Source: an uncultured bacterium (lineage in GTDB: Bacteria > Acidobacteriota > Thermoanaerobaculia > Multivoradales > JAHZIX01). Taken from it: 64,000 nucleotides of DNA. Shown piece after piece: positions 39,989 through 49,538 of this stretch. Made by a program: the position numbers and the translations under genes. The stretch's first letter is position 1. Each line of letters opens with the position of its first letter. The stretch is taken from NCBI GenBank assembly GCA_965368975.1, contig CBDUPA010000001.1:480001-544000 (forward strand), given 5' to 3'. A model generated the notes under the pieces. The model did not search any database. It was given only the letters and a program-made list of their open reading frames with translations, and was not told the origin of the DNA.

Positions 39989-40249
39989 GCGACGCCTCCT
40001 TACTTCGTTTCGTCTCGGCGAGTTTTTGACGAACTCTCGAATCCAGGTCGAACCTTCGATGTTGTCGGAACCTGCTCAGGATATCCGTTTCTGTGCCGGA
40101 ATCAAGGTGCTGTCCAGGATGTCGCCCGGGATCCGGCGCGCCGCCGCCAGCGCCTGCGATAGGATCGAAGAGCCTCCGGCGATGGGCAGCCCGAGCCCGC
40201 TGCAGGCAGACGTTGTACCGACCCCATAGACTTGCTCATCGGAGATCCC

Positions 40250-40723
40250 ATGCGCCTGACCCCCAAGAGTGCCATCCTGATCGTGGCGGGCTTCACCCTC
40301 CTCTTCCTGGTCGGCCAATCCGCCGTCGACGCTTACCTCGGCCGCGCGCGGCTCGAACTCGTGCGCCCCGGTCAGGATGGTGCGGTACGCATCGACGTGA
40401 GCGACCTCGAACGGCTGGACGTCCGCTTCTTCCGCTTCCTCAACTCCGGCAACCAGGAAGTCGAATTCCTGGTCGGTCGCGACGAGAACGGGATCGTCCA
40501 GGTCGGCTTCAACGCCAACGACAACCACTACAAGACGCGCCTCGGCTTCTCTTACCAGGATGGCTGGATCATCGACAACAAGTGCGATACCAACATCCGC
40601 CTGTCCGGCATCAACCGTGGTGGTGGTGGCTGCAAGCCCGTGCCGGTGCGGCATCAGGTCGTCGGCGATGAGCTGATCATCCGTGAGCCCGACATGCTCG
40701 CCGGCTGGCGGTACTTCCGGTGA
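40250..40723 (+). CDS. DUF2318-like membrane-anchored protein with degenerate Cys motifs
   Basis: N-terminal TM, VRFF, VGFNA, GF...DG, GGGCKPVP. Confidence 0.6.
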   Translation: MRLTPKSAILIVAGFTLLFLVGQSAVDAYLGRARLELVRPGQDGAVRIDVSDLERLDVRFFRFLNSGNQEVEFLVGRDENGIVQVGFNANDNHYKTRLGFSYQDGWIIDNKCDTNIRLSGINRGGGGCKPVPVRHQVVGDELIIREPDMLAGWRYFR

Positions 40724-40751
40724 TGTTCGCTCGGCCGTTCGAATAGACGCC

Positions 40752-41210
40752 GTGCTCCACATCTACATCGACGCCGACGCCTGCCCCGTCAAGCAAGAGG
40801 TCTACCGGGTCGCCGGTCGCTACAGCCTCGACGTCACCCTGGTCGCCAACTCGGGCATGCGTACGCCACCCGACCCGCGCATCTCGATGCAAGTCGTCCA
40901 CGGCGATCTCGACGCCGCCGACGATTGGATTGTCGAGCACGTCGAGGCGGGTGACATCGTCGTCACGGCAGATATTCTGCTCGCGGGTCGCTGCCTGGAG
41001 AAGGGGGCGAGCGTCCTTGGGACGACTGGCAAGCCCTTCACCGAAGACAACATCGGTGACGCCATCGCCACCCGTGAGTTGCTGGCTGACCTGCGCGGTG
41101 GCGGAGAACTGCTGGGTGGGCCGCCGCCGTTCGAGAAGAAGGATCGGTCGCGGTTCTTGCAGAAGCTGGACGAGGTGATCCAGGGGATCCGACGGCAGAA
41201 CGCCCACTGA
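40752..41210 (+). CDS. yaiI: YaiI/YqxD (UPF0178) family protein
   Basis: IYIDADACPVK, DAADDWI, DIVVTADI, GGPPPF. Confidence 0.9.
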   Translation: MLHIYIDADACPVKQEVYRVAGRYSLDVTLVANSGMRTPPDPRISMQVVHGDLDAADDWIVEHVEAGDIVVTADILLAGRCLEKGASVLGTTGKPFTEDNIGDAIATRELLADLRGGGELLGGPPPFEKKDRSRFLQKLDEVIQGIRRQNAH

Positions 41211-41224
41211 AGGGCACCAGTCAG

Positions 41225-41551
41225 CTATGGTGTGCTGCTGTCGCAGCCGGTCGCCAGGCTCAATGCCTGACATACGGCCGCCATTTTCTCGGAACTCAGG
41301 CTGCCGACATAGTGCTGGAGCAACCGCTTGGGTACTGTCTGCACGTGGTCGAGATTCACTGCTGACTCGTGCTTGAGACCTTCTTCGACCCCCACGATCA
41401 CTTCGCTGGGGGCTCCTCGAATTGCGGATGTGATCGGGGCCACCATGACGGTTTGCAGCCAAGGGATGGCTTGCGACCGGGTCAAGATGACGATGGGTCG
41501 GCGCTTGTCAGGCTGTTTGAAGGTGTAGAGCCAGATCTCGCCGCGATTCAC
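41225..41551 (-). CDS. mazF: MazF/PemK toxin endoribonuclease
   Basis: VNRGEIW, KRRPIVIL, VAPITS, NLDHVQTV; GTG start overlaps the antitoxin stop. Confidence 0.9.
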   Translation of the reverse strand: MNRGEIWLYTFKQPDKRRPIVILTRSQAIPWLQTVMVAPITSAIRGAPSEVIVGVEEGLKHESAVNLDHVQTVPKRLLQHYVGSLSSEKMAAVCQALSLATGCDSSTP

Positions 41552-41781
41552 TCCGGCGGCCATTCGCCCTGCTCTTCCCAGCCTTCGAACTCCTCGCCCA
41601 GGCCGGCGCCGTCGGTGTAGGCTTTGCGGTATTGCTCGGCGATCTGTGCTTGTCGACGGCTTTCTAGCCAATCGGAAATGATCTCTCGTAGCACCGCGGA
41701 ACGGCCACTCGCCTTGACTTCGTCGTTGTCGTCCAGGCGCTGCAGCAGGGATTCGTCGAACATGACTTGTACAGCCTTCAT
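41548..41781 (-). CDS. Ribbon-helix-helix antitoxin
   Basis: MKAVQVMFDESLL..LD...RSAVLRE with acidic C-tail; directly upstream of mazF. Confidence 0.85.
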   Translation of the reverse strand: MKAVQVMFDESLLQRLDDNDEVKASGRSAVLREIISDWLESRRQAQIAEQYRKAYTDGAGLGEEFEGWEEQGEWPPE

Positions 41782-41798
41782 GTGGATAGTTTATCCAC
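41782..41798. promoter_or_regulatory. TA operator palindrome overlapping a -10 box (leaderless transcript)
   Basis: GTGGATA-GTT-TATCCAC; on the minus strand TAAACT lies 6 nt before the ATG. Confidence 0.7.
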
Positions 41799-41883
41799 GG
41801 CCAAGGCGTTTGTATACCTTGTGGAGGTAGTAGAGGGTCATGGTGAGATAAGATCCCCCGGTTCCCACCGGAAAGGAGTCCCG

Positions 41884-42195
41884 ATGCCTTCCTCTGAAAG
41901 GCCCGCCGCCAGTGACCGACTGCAGCGGTACTGGCGCAGCAACCTGCGCTACCTCGCCGTCCTGCTCAGCATCTGGTTTGCCGTCTCGTTCGGTGCCAGC
42001 GTCCTCTTCGTCGACCATCTCGACCAGATTCGTCTGTTTGGCTTCCGCCTCGGTTTCTGGTTCGCCCAGCAGGGCTCGATCCTGGTCTTCGTGCTGCTGA
42101 TCGTGGCTTACGTGGCGTTGATGAATCGGCTGGACAAGAAGTACGACGTGGACGAGAAGCGTGACGCGGAGTCGACGGGGCAGGGGGCATCATGA
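41884..42195 (+). CDS. DUF4212/DUF485-type small membrane partner of a solute symporter
   Basis: YWRSNLR, GFWFAQQGSI, MNRLDKKY; overlaps the symporter start. Confidence 0.88.
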   Translation: MPSSERPAASDRLQRYWRSNLRYLAVLLSIWFAVSFGASVLFVDHLDQIRLFGFRLGFWFAQQGSILVFVLLIVAYVALMNRLDKKYDVDEKRDAESTGQGAS

Positions 42196-43898
42196 ATGTC
42201 GAGGCCTGGACGTTCGTGATGGTCGGCTTGTCGTTCGCGCTCTACATCGGCGTCGCGGTGTGGTCGCGGGCGACGACGACGGGGGAGTTCTATGTCGCCG
42301 GTGGGCAGGTGCCGCCGCTGATGAACGGCATGGCGACGGCGGCGGACTGGATGTCGGCGGCGTCGTTCATTTCGATGGCGGGGCTGATCTCCTTCATGGG
42401 GCGCGACGGCTCTGTCTACCTGATGGGATGGACCGGCGGCTATGTGCTGCTAGCGTTGCTCTTGGCGCCCTACCTGCGCAAGTTCGGCAAGTACACGGTG
42501 CCCGACTTCGTGGGCGACCGCTACTACTCGCAGGTGGCGCGGGTCGTCGCGGTGGTGTGCGCGATCTTCGTCTCGTTCACTTACGTGGCGGGGCAGATGC
42601 GCGGGGTCGGTATCGTCTTCTCGCGCTTCCTGGGTGTCGAGGTTGGCACCGGCGTGCTGATCGGCATGGGGGTGGTGTTCTTCTACGCCGTGCTCGGCGG
42701 CATGAAGGGCATCACCTATACGCAGGTGGCGCAATACTGTGTGCTGATCTTCGCCTACATGGTGCCGGCCATTTTCATCTCGCTGCTGGTGACCGATCAG
42801 TGGATCCCGCAGATCGGCTTCGGCAGCCAGTTGGCGGACGGTTCCGGCGTCTACCTGCTGGACAAGCTCGATGGACTGAGTACCGAGTTGGGCTTCAACG
42901 CCTACACTGGTGGGCAGAAATCAACGCTCGACGTCTTCTTCATCACTGCCGCGCTGATGGTCGGCACGGCCGGGTTACCGCACGTGATCGTGCGCTTCTA
43001 CACCGTGCCGAGGGTGTCGGCGGCACGCAGCTCGGCGGGCTGGGCACTGCTGTTCATCGCCCTGCTCTATACGACGGCGCCGGCGGTGGCGGCCTTCGCA
43101 CGCACCAACTTGCTGACCACAATCTCGGACCGCCCGATCGCCGAGGCGCCGCAGTGGTTCCACAACTGGCAAGAGACCGGGCTGATCACCTGGCACGACA
43201 GGAACGGCGATGGTTTGATCCAGTACCGAGGGCCGAATTCGGCGGTGGAGAACGAACTGACGATCGATCGCGACATCATGGTGTTGGCCAATCCGGAGAT
43301 CGCACGGCTGCCGAATTGGGTGGTAGGTCTGGTGGCGGCCGGTGGGCTGGCGGCGGCGCTGTCGACGGCGGCGGGCCTGCTGTTGGTGATTTCGACGTCG
43401 GTGGCGCACGATCTGCTGAAGAAGAGCTTCCTGCCCAGAATCAGCGAGAAGGGCGAGCTGATCGCGGCGCGCATCGCGGCTGGTTTCGCGGTAGTGATCG
43501 CCGGCTACTTCGGGATCAACCCGCCGGGCTTCGTGGCGCAGGTGGTGGCTTTTGCTTTTGGCCTGGCGGCGGCGTCGTTTTTCCCCGCGATCATCCTGGG
43601 GATCTTCTCCAAGCGCATGAACCGCGCCGGTGCCATCGTCGGGATGGTTGCCGGCTTGCTGTTCACTGCCGGCTACATCAGCTACTTCAAGTTCCTGCAC
43701 CCGGAGCTGAACACGCCGGAGCACTGGTGGTGGGGCATCTCGCCCGAAGGCATCGGGACGCTCGGCATGCTGCTCAACTTCGCGCTAGCGCTGGTCATTT
43801 CACGCTTCACGCCGGCGCCTCCGCTGGAGATCCAGCAGTTGGTGGAGCGTATCCGCGTACCACGCGGGGCTGGGGAGTCGCACGAGATCTCGGCCTGA
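42192..43898 (+). CDS. Sodium:solute symporter, ActP-like (acetate/monocarboxylate)
   Basis: NGMATAADWMSAASF, GWTGGY, LRKFGKYTVPDF, GTAGLPHV, AALSTAAG. Confidence 0.92.
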   Translation: MNVEAWTFVMVGLSFALYIGVAVWSRATTTGEFYVAGGQVPPLMNGMATAADWMSAASFISMAGLISFMGRDGSVYLMGWTGGYVLLALLLAPYLRKFGKYTVPDFVGDRYYSQVARVVAVVCAIFVSFTYVAGQMRGVGIVFSRFLGVEVGTGVLIGMGVVFFYAVLGGMKGITYTQVAQYCVLIFAYMVPAIFISLLVTDQWIPQIGFGSQLADGSGVYLLDKLDGLSTELGFNAYTGGQKSTLDVFFITAALMVGTAGLPHVIVRFYTVPRVSAARSSAGWALLFIALLYTTAPAVAAFARTNLLTTISDRPIAEAPQWFHNWQETGLITWHDRNGDGLIQYRGPNSAVENELTIDRDIMVLANPEIARLPNWVVGLVAAGGLAAALSTAAGLLLVISTSVAHDLLKKSFLPRISEKGELIAARIAAGFAVVIAGYFGINPPGFVAQVVAFAFGLAAASFFPAIILGIFSKRMNRAGAIVGMVAGLLFTAGYISYFKFLHPELNTPEHWWWGISPEGIGTLGMLLNFALALVISRFTPAPPLEIQQLVERIRVPRGAGESHEISA

Positions 43899-43956
43899 TG
43901 TCGTGAGTGAAGCAGGGTGGTAGGATCCTGCCTAGCGCACAACAAGTGGAGGGAAA

Positions 43957-44058
43957 GTGGAAAAGCTCATCTTGATCGCTCGTATCCTGCTCAGCCTGAT
44001 CTTCGTGGCCTTCGGCCTGACCAGCGTATCCCACCATCTGATCACCGCAGACGGTTAG
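43957..44058 (+). pseudogene. DoxX-like N-terminal remnant or 33-aa single-TM peptide
   Basis: GGAGG SD; GTG-initiated MEKLILIARILLSLIFVAFGLTSVSHHLITADG*. Confidence 0.45.
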
Positions 44059-44105
44059 GCCAGGCGGTACGACGATGTCGAGGTCGCGCATCTGCCTGAC
44101 ATCCT

Positions 44106-44687
44106 TCAAGTCTCGAAGCGTTCCTCCAACTCGACACCCAGCCCATCCGCAATTCGGTTGACAAAGGCGAAGTAGGACGTGATCGAGCAGATGTCGTGGA
44201 CACCGCGATCGGTGAAACCGTGTTCGCGCAGCTTCTCGACGTCGGCGCGTTCCATGTCCCACGGCTGGCGGGTGAGCTTGACGGCGTAGTCGAGGATGGC
44301 GCGATCACGGGCGTCTAGCTCGGTCCCAGTGCCGGCCCTGGTGCCGGCCTCCGTACCAGACAGGGCCGTGTAGTCGCGGGCCAGGGCGTCGAGCAGCGCA
44401 TCCTGCGACGCCAGCGGCATCTTCTTGGCGGTCAGCAAGCGACGGAGCCCCGCTCCGTGATGCTTCAGTCAGTAATGGCACTGATTGTGCGCCGACACCA
44501 CCACCGCGATCATCTCGCGCTGGATGCGCGTCAGCTCGCCTTTGCCGTACATCAGCTCGCGGTAGATGTCGTAGTGCAGGCGCATGGTCTGGCTGTGAAC
44601 GCTGTGGATCTGGAGGATGTTGTCCTGATCCGGGACGCGGTCGGCTTCTGGGATCTGGTCTTCGGGCAGGTAGTTGATAAACGCCAT
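44106..44687 (-). CDS. AhpD/carboxymuconolactone-decarboxylase-like peroxidase-related selenoprotein (CHYU)
   Basis: ORFs 44469-44687 and 44106-44438 are in frame across a TGA at 44471-44469: REMIAVVVSAHNQCHY-U-LKHHG...AILDYAVKLT...FVNRIADGLG. Confidence 0.85.
44442..44458 (-). promoter_or_regulatory. Bacterial SECIS-like hairpin
   Basis: ACGGAGC-GGG-GCUCCGU, starting at the 11th nt after the UGA; lower stem AAGC/GCUU. Confidence 0.7.
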
Positions 44688-44985
44688 GCAGGCAGTTTAC
44701 CTCGGCTTGCCGTGTCGGGCGTCAGGTTGCGTTCGGCGACCTTCTGAGGGCGTGCACTTGACCCTGTGACAACCTTGGTGGATCGGTAGACGCGGGTGCA
44801 GGGAGTTGCTAACCTTGGCCTGCTGCCTTGAGACCAACGGTGTCCGGAGTCCTAGTATCGTCTCTCGCAGCAGTTGGGAAGTGCTGGATATGTTTGTCTA
44901 GCCTGATTTGCGTTCTTATGGCGTCCTGATGGGCGTTCTTGAGGTCCGAGACGGGTAAACGCGCCTGCTCTCAGGAGTTGAAGTA

Positions 44986-45927
44986 GTGATTAGTTCCAAT
45001 ACAAATCGACAGCTACTTGTTGGTTATAATCACAACATTCCATACAAGGGGAATGTTTATCACGTTCAGAGTGAGTTCCGAGGCTCACCAGAGCCGAGCA
45101 TCGCGACCCAGGTGTTTCTCGACGGGCGAGTGATTTCCTCGGAGACGTGCAGTGCAGACGTGCGTTCGGCTGAGCCGGGACGACCGGTGCTTGAGCAGAT
45201 GAAGGCACAGCACAAGGCTGCCATCCGGTTGCTCATTTCGGGACGGCTCGGTGAGAGGTTGCAGGCCGGGCTCCCAGAGAAGGTGGCTGCCGATATCGAG
45301 GAGTTCCAGGCTGCCTCCGTGCCGAGCTTGGTACAGGTGGCATCGGTCCCTGGACATCTGAAGCTCCGTCGCTCGCTGGTGCGCTTCGTACGTGCGGTCG
45401 ACGGGTGCCACCCGCCCTCGCAACAAGAGCTGCCGGCACGCTTGCGCTCGATCATCACCGCGATCGCGATTCTGATCGGGGGCAGCCACCAGCTGAAAGC
45501 TCGCAAGGACGATCTGACGGAGTTGCTGATTCTGCGCTCGGAAGCGCTGGAGTGGTTGTCTCAGCCTCGAGGCGAGCAGGAGATCGAGGGACTAGAATTG
45601 TGGCGGGACTTCGAGGCCATGGCGGCGTCGATGTCCGAACTGAACTCGCGCCAAGCACTGGTCGAGCACGATCTGGCGATCTGGAAGCGGTTCCTGAGTG
45701 CCAGCAACGGGCTACCCGTCGAGACGCCGATCACCCACGAGCAGCTGGAGTCGATCAGGTCGACCTGGGGACGCAGCGAGGAACTGGACGAGGCGTTGGA
45801 GTTTCCTGCCAAGTTGACGGTCGGACAGGTGCGGGCCGTGTTGGGGCCGCAAGTACAGGACTTGGAAGCGGTGGCACTGCGGCTGCACCAAGAGAAGGGG
45901 CAGGTTCGCGGTCAGTTGTTTGGTTGA
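44986..45927 (+). CDS. Hypothetical protein with GYNHN..Y.G..YHVQ N-terminal domain
   Basis: AGGAG SD and long ORF; the N-terminal motif resembles an uncharacterised domain recalled from myxobacterial/deltaproteobacterial proteins. Confidence 0.6.
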   Translation: MISSNTNRQLLVGYNHNIPYKGNVYHVQSEFRGSPEPSIATQVFLDGRVISSETCSADVRSAEPGRPVLEQMKAQHKAAIRLLISGRLGERLQAGLPEKVAADIEEFQAASVPSLVQVASVPGHLKLRRSLVRFVRAVDGCHPPSQQELPARLRSIITAIAILIGGSHQLKARKDDLTELLILRSEALEWLSQPRGEQEIEGLELWRDFEAMAASMSELNSRQALVEHDLAIWKRFLSASNGLPVETPITHEQLESIRSTWGRSEELDEALEFPAKLTVGQVRAVLGPQVQDLEAVALRLHQEKGQVRGQLFG

Positions 45928-46112
45928 GGCCGCGCGGCACGCGATCCAGGGATCTTCGCCGCCGTTCCCCTGGTGCTGGTCGCCGTTGCCCGGCTCGCCG
46001 TGCTCCGCCGGCCGTGCGTGCGTCGCGGCTGGATCCGGTGTTTGCTCTCAGAGAGCACTAGAGGCGTGAACCTTTTGCGCTGTCTCCCGACTGCCACAAT
46101 AGGGAGACGGCC

Positions 46113-46751
46113 ATGACCACCAGAATCACGACACCAAGCTCAGACGATCCGGCCCAGTCGCACGATCGTGCGGCGTGCGAACAGGAGTTGTTGGTCGTGC
46201 GCTGCCAGCTGGGTGAGCCGGCGGCGTTCGACGCTCTGGTCGCTCGCTGGCACGAACCGCTGTGGCGCTATCTGTGCGGCATGTCCACGGATCGCCGGGT
46301 GGCCGAGGACGTGCTGCAAGACACCTGGCTGCGCATCCTGCGAGGCATCGGCAAGCTCCGTCAGCCGGACCGCTTGCCTGCCTGGCTGTTCTCGATCGTG
46401 CGCCGTGCTTTCGCCGACCGCCTGCGCCTGCGCTACGCCGAGAAGGACGTCGAATCGCTCGATGCACCCTCGACGGAGGAACAGGTGGATGCGTCGCCAC
46501 GGCAAGTCGCGGCAGTCGGTGATCCGGCGATCGAGGCGCTGGCGGCGCAAGAAGTCGAGTTCTTGCGCGGTGCTCTCGGTGACCTGTCGCCTCCCGACCG
46601 TGAAGCCCTGATCCTCTTCTACCTGCAAGAGTTCACACTGCGCGAAGTCGCCGACGTCCAGGAAGTGCCGGTGGGCACGGTCAAGTCCAGGCTCCACCGG
46701 GGCCGGCGTCAGCTGCGCGCGCAGCTGCGAGCGAAAGGAGTTTCGAGATGA
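46113..46751 (+). CDS. ECF RNA polymerase sigma-70 factor
   Basis: AEDVLQDTW, AWLFSI, EVPVGTVKSRLHR. Confidence 0.92.
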   Translation: MTTRITTPSSDDPAQSHDRAACEQELLVVRCQLGEPAAFDALVARWHEPLWRYLCGMSTDRRVAEDVLQDTWLRILRGIGKLRQPDRLPAWLFSIVRRAFADRLRLRYAEKDVESLDAPSTEEQVDASPRQVAAVGDPAIEALAAQEVEFLRGALGDLSPPDREALILFYLQEFTLREVADVQEVPVGTVKSRLHRGRRQLRAQLRAKGVSR

Positions 46752-47245
46752 ACGCCCCTGTCCCGCCGAGGCCCTCGATCGCCGAGATGCAACAGCGCCT
46801 GGCCGTCGAGCTGTCGACACGTGCGCGAGTGGTGTTGACTCTACTGTTCCTGGTCGATCTGGCGGTCGGCATCGTCGTGCTGGCGCTGTGGCTGACGGAA
46901 CCCTCTCTGCCGCTGCGCACTCAGGTCGCCTTCGGCCTGTTGCTCGCCGGCGCCTCTACCTGGGCCCTCTACTTTGGCTGGACGCTGTCCCGGCGCAAGG
47001 TCTTGCTGGCACGCCAGCGCGTGATCAGCGGCTGGATTGCCTTCGTTTTCACCGGTCTGCTCACTGCCGGCTGCGCCGCGCTCGCCATCGCCCAGCCGGA
47101 CGCCCGCAACCTGGCGCTCACCGCCGCTGCCATGGGCGCCACCTTCTGCGTCGCCGCCGGGCTGCTGCTGCAGCGGGCGCACGCCGGCTACCAGGAACTG
47201 GTCGACCGGCGCGCAGGGCTCGAGCAGGAGCTGGGGCGCGCCTGA
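46748..47245 (+). CDS. 4-TM putative anti-sigma membrane protein
   Basis: ATGA overlap with the sigma gene; four hydrophobic helices. Confidence 0.7.
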   Translation: MNAPVPPRPSIAEMQQRLAVELSTRARVVLTLLFLVDLAVGIVVLALWLTEPSLPLRTQVAFGLLLAGASTWALYFGWTLSRRKVLLARQRVISGWIAFVFTGLLTAGCAALAIAQPDARNLALTAAAMGATFCVAAGLLLQRAHAGYQELVDRRAGLEQELGRA

Positions 47246-47248
47246 GCC

Positions 47249-48034
47249 CTACTGCACGTAGTACGGTTCGAGCAGGCGCTCCCAGCTACTGGCTTTCTGC
47301 TCGAACTCGGCGGGGCAGCGCACCGCGCGCTGCTCCGGCAGCAGTTCTGGATGGACCAGATCGGAGTAGGCTTCCGGATCCGCGCCGTAGACGATGCACG
47401 CCAGGGAGTAGGCACGCTGAGCGCTGAGCGAGTGCTCGCCCCAAAACGCCATCTCGGCGCCCGACGATTCCAGCAGCGCGGCCATCGCGTCGAAGCTCTC
47501 AGCCGCCGATAGCAAGTCGTCGTGACCCTCGGCGTCGATCAGAACAAGGGCCGCCAGGTCGTCGACCGCGTCTTCCTCGCGGCCGGTGATCGGCAATTCG
47601 AGCACGTGGACCATGGCGTGGCCCATCTCGTGCAGCAGGAAGAAAAGGGTGCTTCCCAGGATGTTGTCGCCGATCGCTTCCTCGCTCTGGTTCGGATCGC
47701 TGGCGAAGATCTGGGCGAACATGCCGAGAAACTCATAGCAGAAGCTGATGCGCACGTGCTCTGGGTTGTAGAACGCATTCGCCTGACCGCAGGTCTCGAA
47801 GACGATCGGCACTTCGGCGCCGAGGTCGAGAGAGCCATTGACATAGTCCGCGGCCAGCTCCGCGATGCCGGACTCGGCCACGGCTTGCGACAACTCCTGC
47901 AAAGCGGCGGGTGGCGCCGTGTAGTGGACGGTGAATTGGGCCTGGGCCGGGGAGGGGAGCCAGGCGAAGATGCCGAAGAAGGCGATGGCGACCAGGGTCT
48001 GTAGGGCCAGGCGGGCGGTCGGACGATTCGACAT
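47249..48034 (-). CDS. DUF4344-type metallopeptidase
   Basis: CGQANAFY, CYE, HEMGH, GREEDAVD, EHSL..QR; signal peptide. Confidence 0.85.
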   Translation of the reverse strand: MSNRPTARLALQTLVAIAFFGIFAWLPSPAQAQFTVHYTAPPAALQELSQAVAESGIAELAADYVNGSLDLGAEVPIVFETCGQANAFYNPEHVRISFCYEFLGMFAQIFASDPNQSEEAIGDNILGSTLFFLLHEMGHAMVHVLELPITGREEDAVDDLAALVLIDAEGHDDLLSAAESFDAMAALLESSGAEMAFWGEHSLSAQRAYSLACIVYGADPEAYSDLVHPELLPEQRAVRCPAEFEQKASSWERLLEPYYVQ

Positions 48035-48158
48035 GGGGAGCCTCCAGGATAAGCCTATAGATTGTGCGCAGAATGCCGGCATCATAGAGCACCCCGAGTC
48101 TGAAGAACCAGCGGGGTTGGAAGAGAGCTGCCGGTACGGTCGCAGTGGATCACGTGCC

Positions 48159-49538
48159 TCAGTGAATCACGTGCCACTCGGTCTGGCGCCCGGCCAGGTA
48201 GACGACGCGCTCACCGTCGTAGACAGCGCTCTGTTCGAGCTTGATCTGCAGCCACTGGCCGCTGTCACCGGTCCATGCCGGGGCCTGTACCTTGACGTTG
48301 CCCTCGATCGCATAGCCAGTCATCGGATGCAGCGGCCAGTCGCCCCGATGTGGGGTCGGGCCCTGGTTGTCCCACATGCCGATGGTCGGGCCGGGGGCGT
48401 GGCCAAAGAAGCCGAGCGGGTGCGTGTAGACGCTGCACAGGATGCCTTCGGTCTCGGCGGCGGCGCGGGTGGCGGCGAGGATCTGGTTGCCGGTGCGACC
48501 GGTCTCGAAGGCGTCGGTGAGCAGGTCTTGCCAGCGGTTGCCGACGCGCAGGGCGTCGATCAACTCGGTCGGTGGCGTGTTCTCTCCGAGATGGGCCACG
48601 TAGCCCATTTCCTGAGTGTCGGTGCACAGCCGCAGGTAGCAGATGCCAACGTCGGTGTGCAGCACATCGCCGCGCCGGATGATCTCGGAAGTGCCGCAGA
48701 AGTCGGCGTCCTGCTCGCACGCGACTCCCGGGCGCTGCAGATTGACGTGGGGTTGAAACCAGGGGCGCAGCCCGAGATCGGTGAAGCGCTGGCGGATATA
48801 CCACTCGACATCTTCGGTAGTCGTGACGCCGGGGGTGATGACGCGTGCGGAAAAGGCTTCGCTGATCACCCCCCGGGCCAGGGAGACGACGTGGCCCCAG
48901 GTCTCAACTTCGTGCACCGTGCGCGTTTCCAGCCAGCGCACCACCAGGTCTTCGGCGCTCACGATTCGCGCCTGCAGCTCGGGTGTCAGGACTTCCAGCA
49001 AGCGCTCGTGCAGACCGGCGGTCAGCCCGTCGGCGACCGGCCAGTGGCGGCTGACGTTGACGCCGATCTTACGCGGGTCGCGCTCGGCCAGGATCTCGCC
49101 CAGGCGCTGCCACTGCTCGTCGAGATCGCCGCCCTCCCAGGAGGTGGCGTAGAGGTGGCCGATCGGGTAGCGGCTGACGGTCAAGCGCTCCAGTCCCTCT
49201 TCGGGCCCGCGGTCGTGGAAGACCAGCATGGTGGTGCGGCGGGCGGCGAACACGGGCTCGGGAACGAGCGTCAGGTAGACAGGGTCTTCGGCGTACTCGC
49301 GGTTGATCACCAGCCACAGGTCGATGCCGGCTTCACGCATCAGGCGTGGCAGCAGCTCGTGCAGGCGCTCTTCGAGCCTCGCATTGACCGCCGCCGGTCG
49401 TGCGCGCTGCGGTAGTAGCGCACCGGGCGCGGTGAGCACGCGTCCTTGCGCGGGGTCCTCGGCCCAGGTGGTCATGGGGGCGAGAAAGCTCAGGACGAGA
49501 GCAGTGCTGAGGGCAGAGTGCTTCATAGTTGTCTTCAC
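48159..49538 (-). CDS. Secreted Xaa-Pro aminopeptidase (M24 family)
   Basis: GDVLHTDVG, TDTQE, HPLG..GH, AIE, LEQ metal ligands; signal peptide. Confidence 0.85.
   Translation of the reverse strand: MKTTMKHSALSTALVLSFLAPMTTWAEDPAQGRVLTAPGALLPQRARPAAVNARLEERLHELLPRLMREAGIDLWLVINREYAEDPVYLTLVPEPVFAARRTTMLVFHDRGPEEGLERLTVSRYPIGHLYATSWEGGDLDEQWQRLGEILAERDPRKIGVNVSRHWPVADGLTAGLHERLLEVLTPELQARIVSAEDLVVRWLETRTVHEVETWGHVVSLARGVISEAFSARVITPGVTTTEDVEWYIRQRFTDLGLRPWFQPHVNLQRPGVACEQDADFCGTSEIIRRGDVLHTDVGICYLRLCTDTQEMGYVAHLGENTPPTELIDALRVGNRWQDLLTDAFETGRTGNQILAATRAAAETEGILCSVYTHPLGFFGHAPGPTIGMWDNQGPTPHRGDWPLHPMTGYAIEGNVKVQAPAWTGDSGQWLQIKLEQSAVYDGERVVYLAGRQTEWHVIH

Noticed and set aside
42161-43906. 581-aa overlapping plus-frame ORF
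   Set aside because: Arg/Gly-rich alternative frame of the symporter gene.
47931-49415. 494-aa plus-strand ORF
   Set aside because: Antisense to the M24 peptidase.
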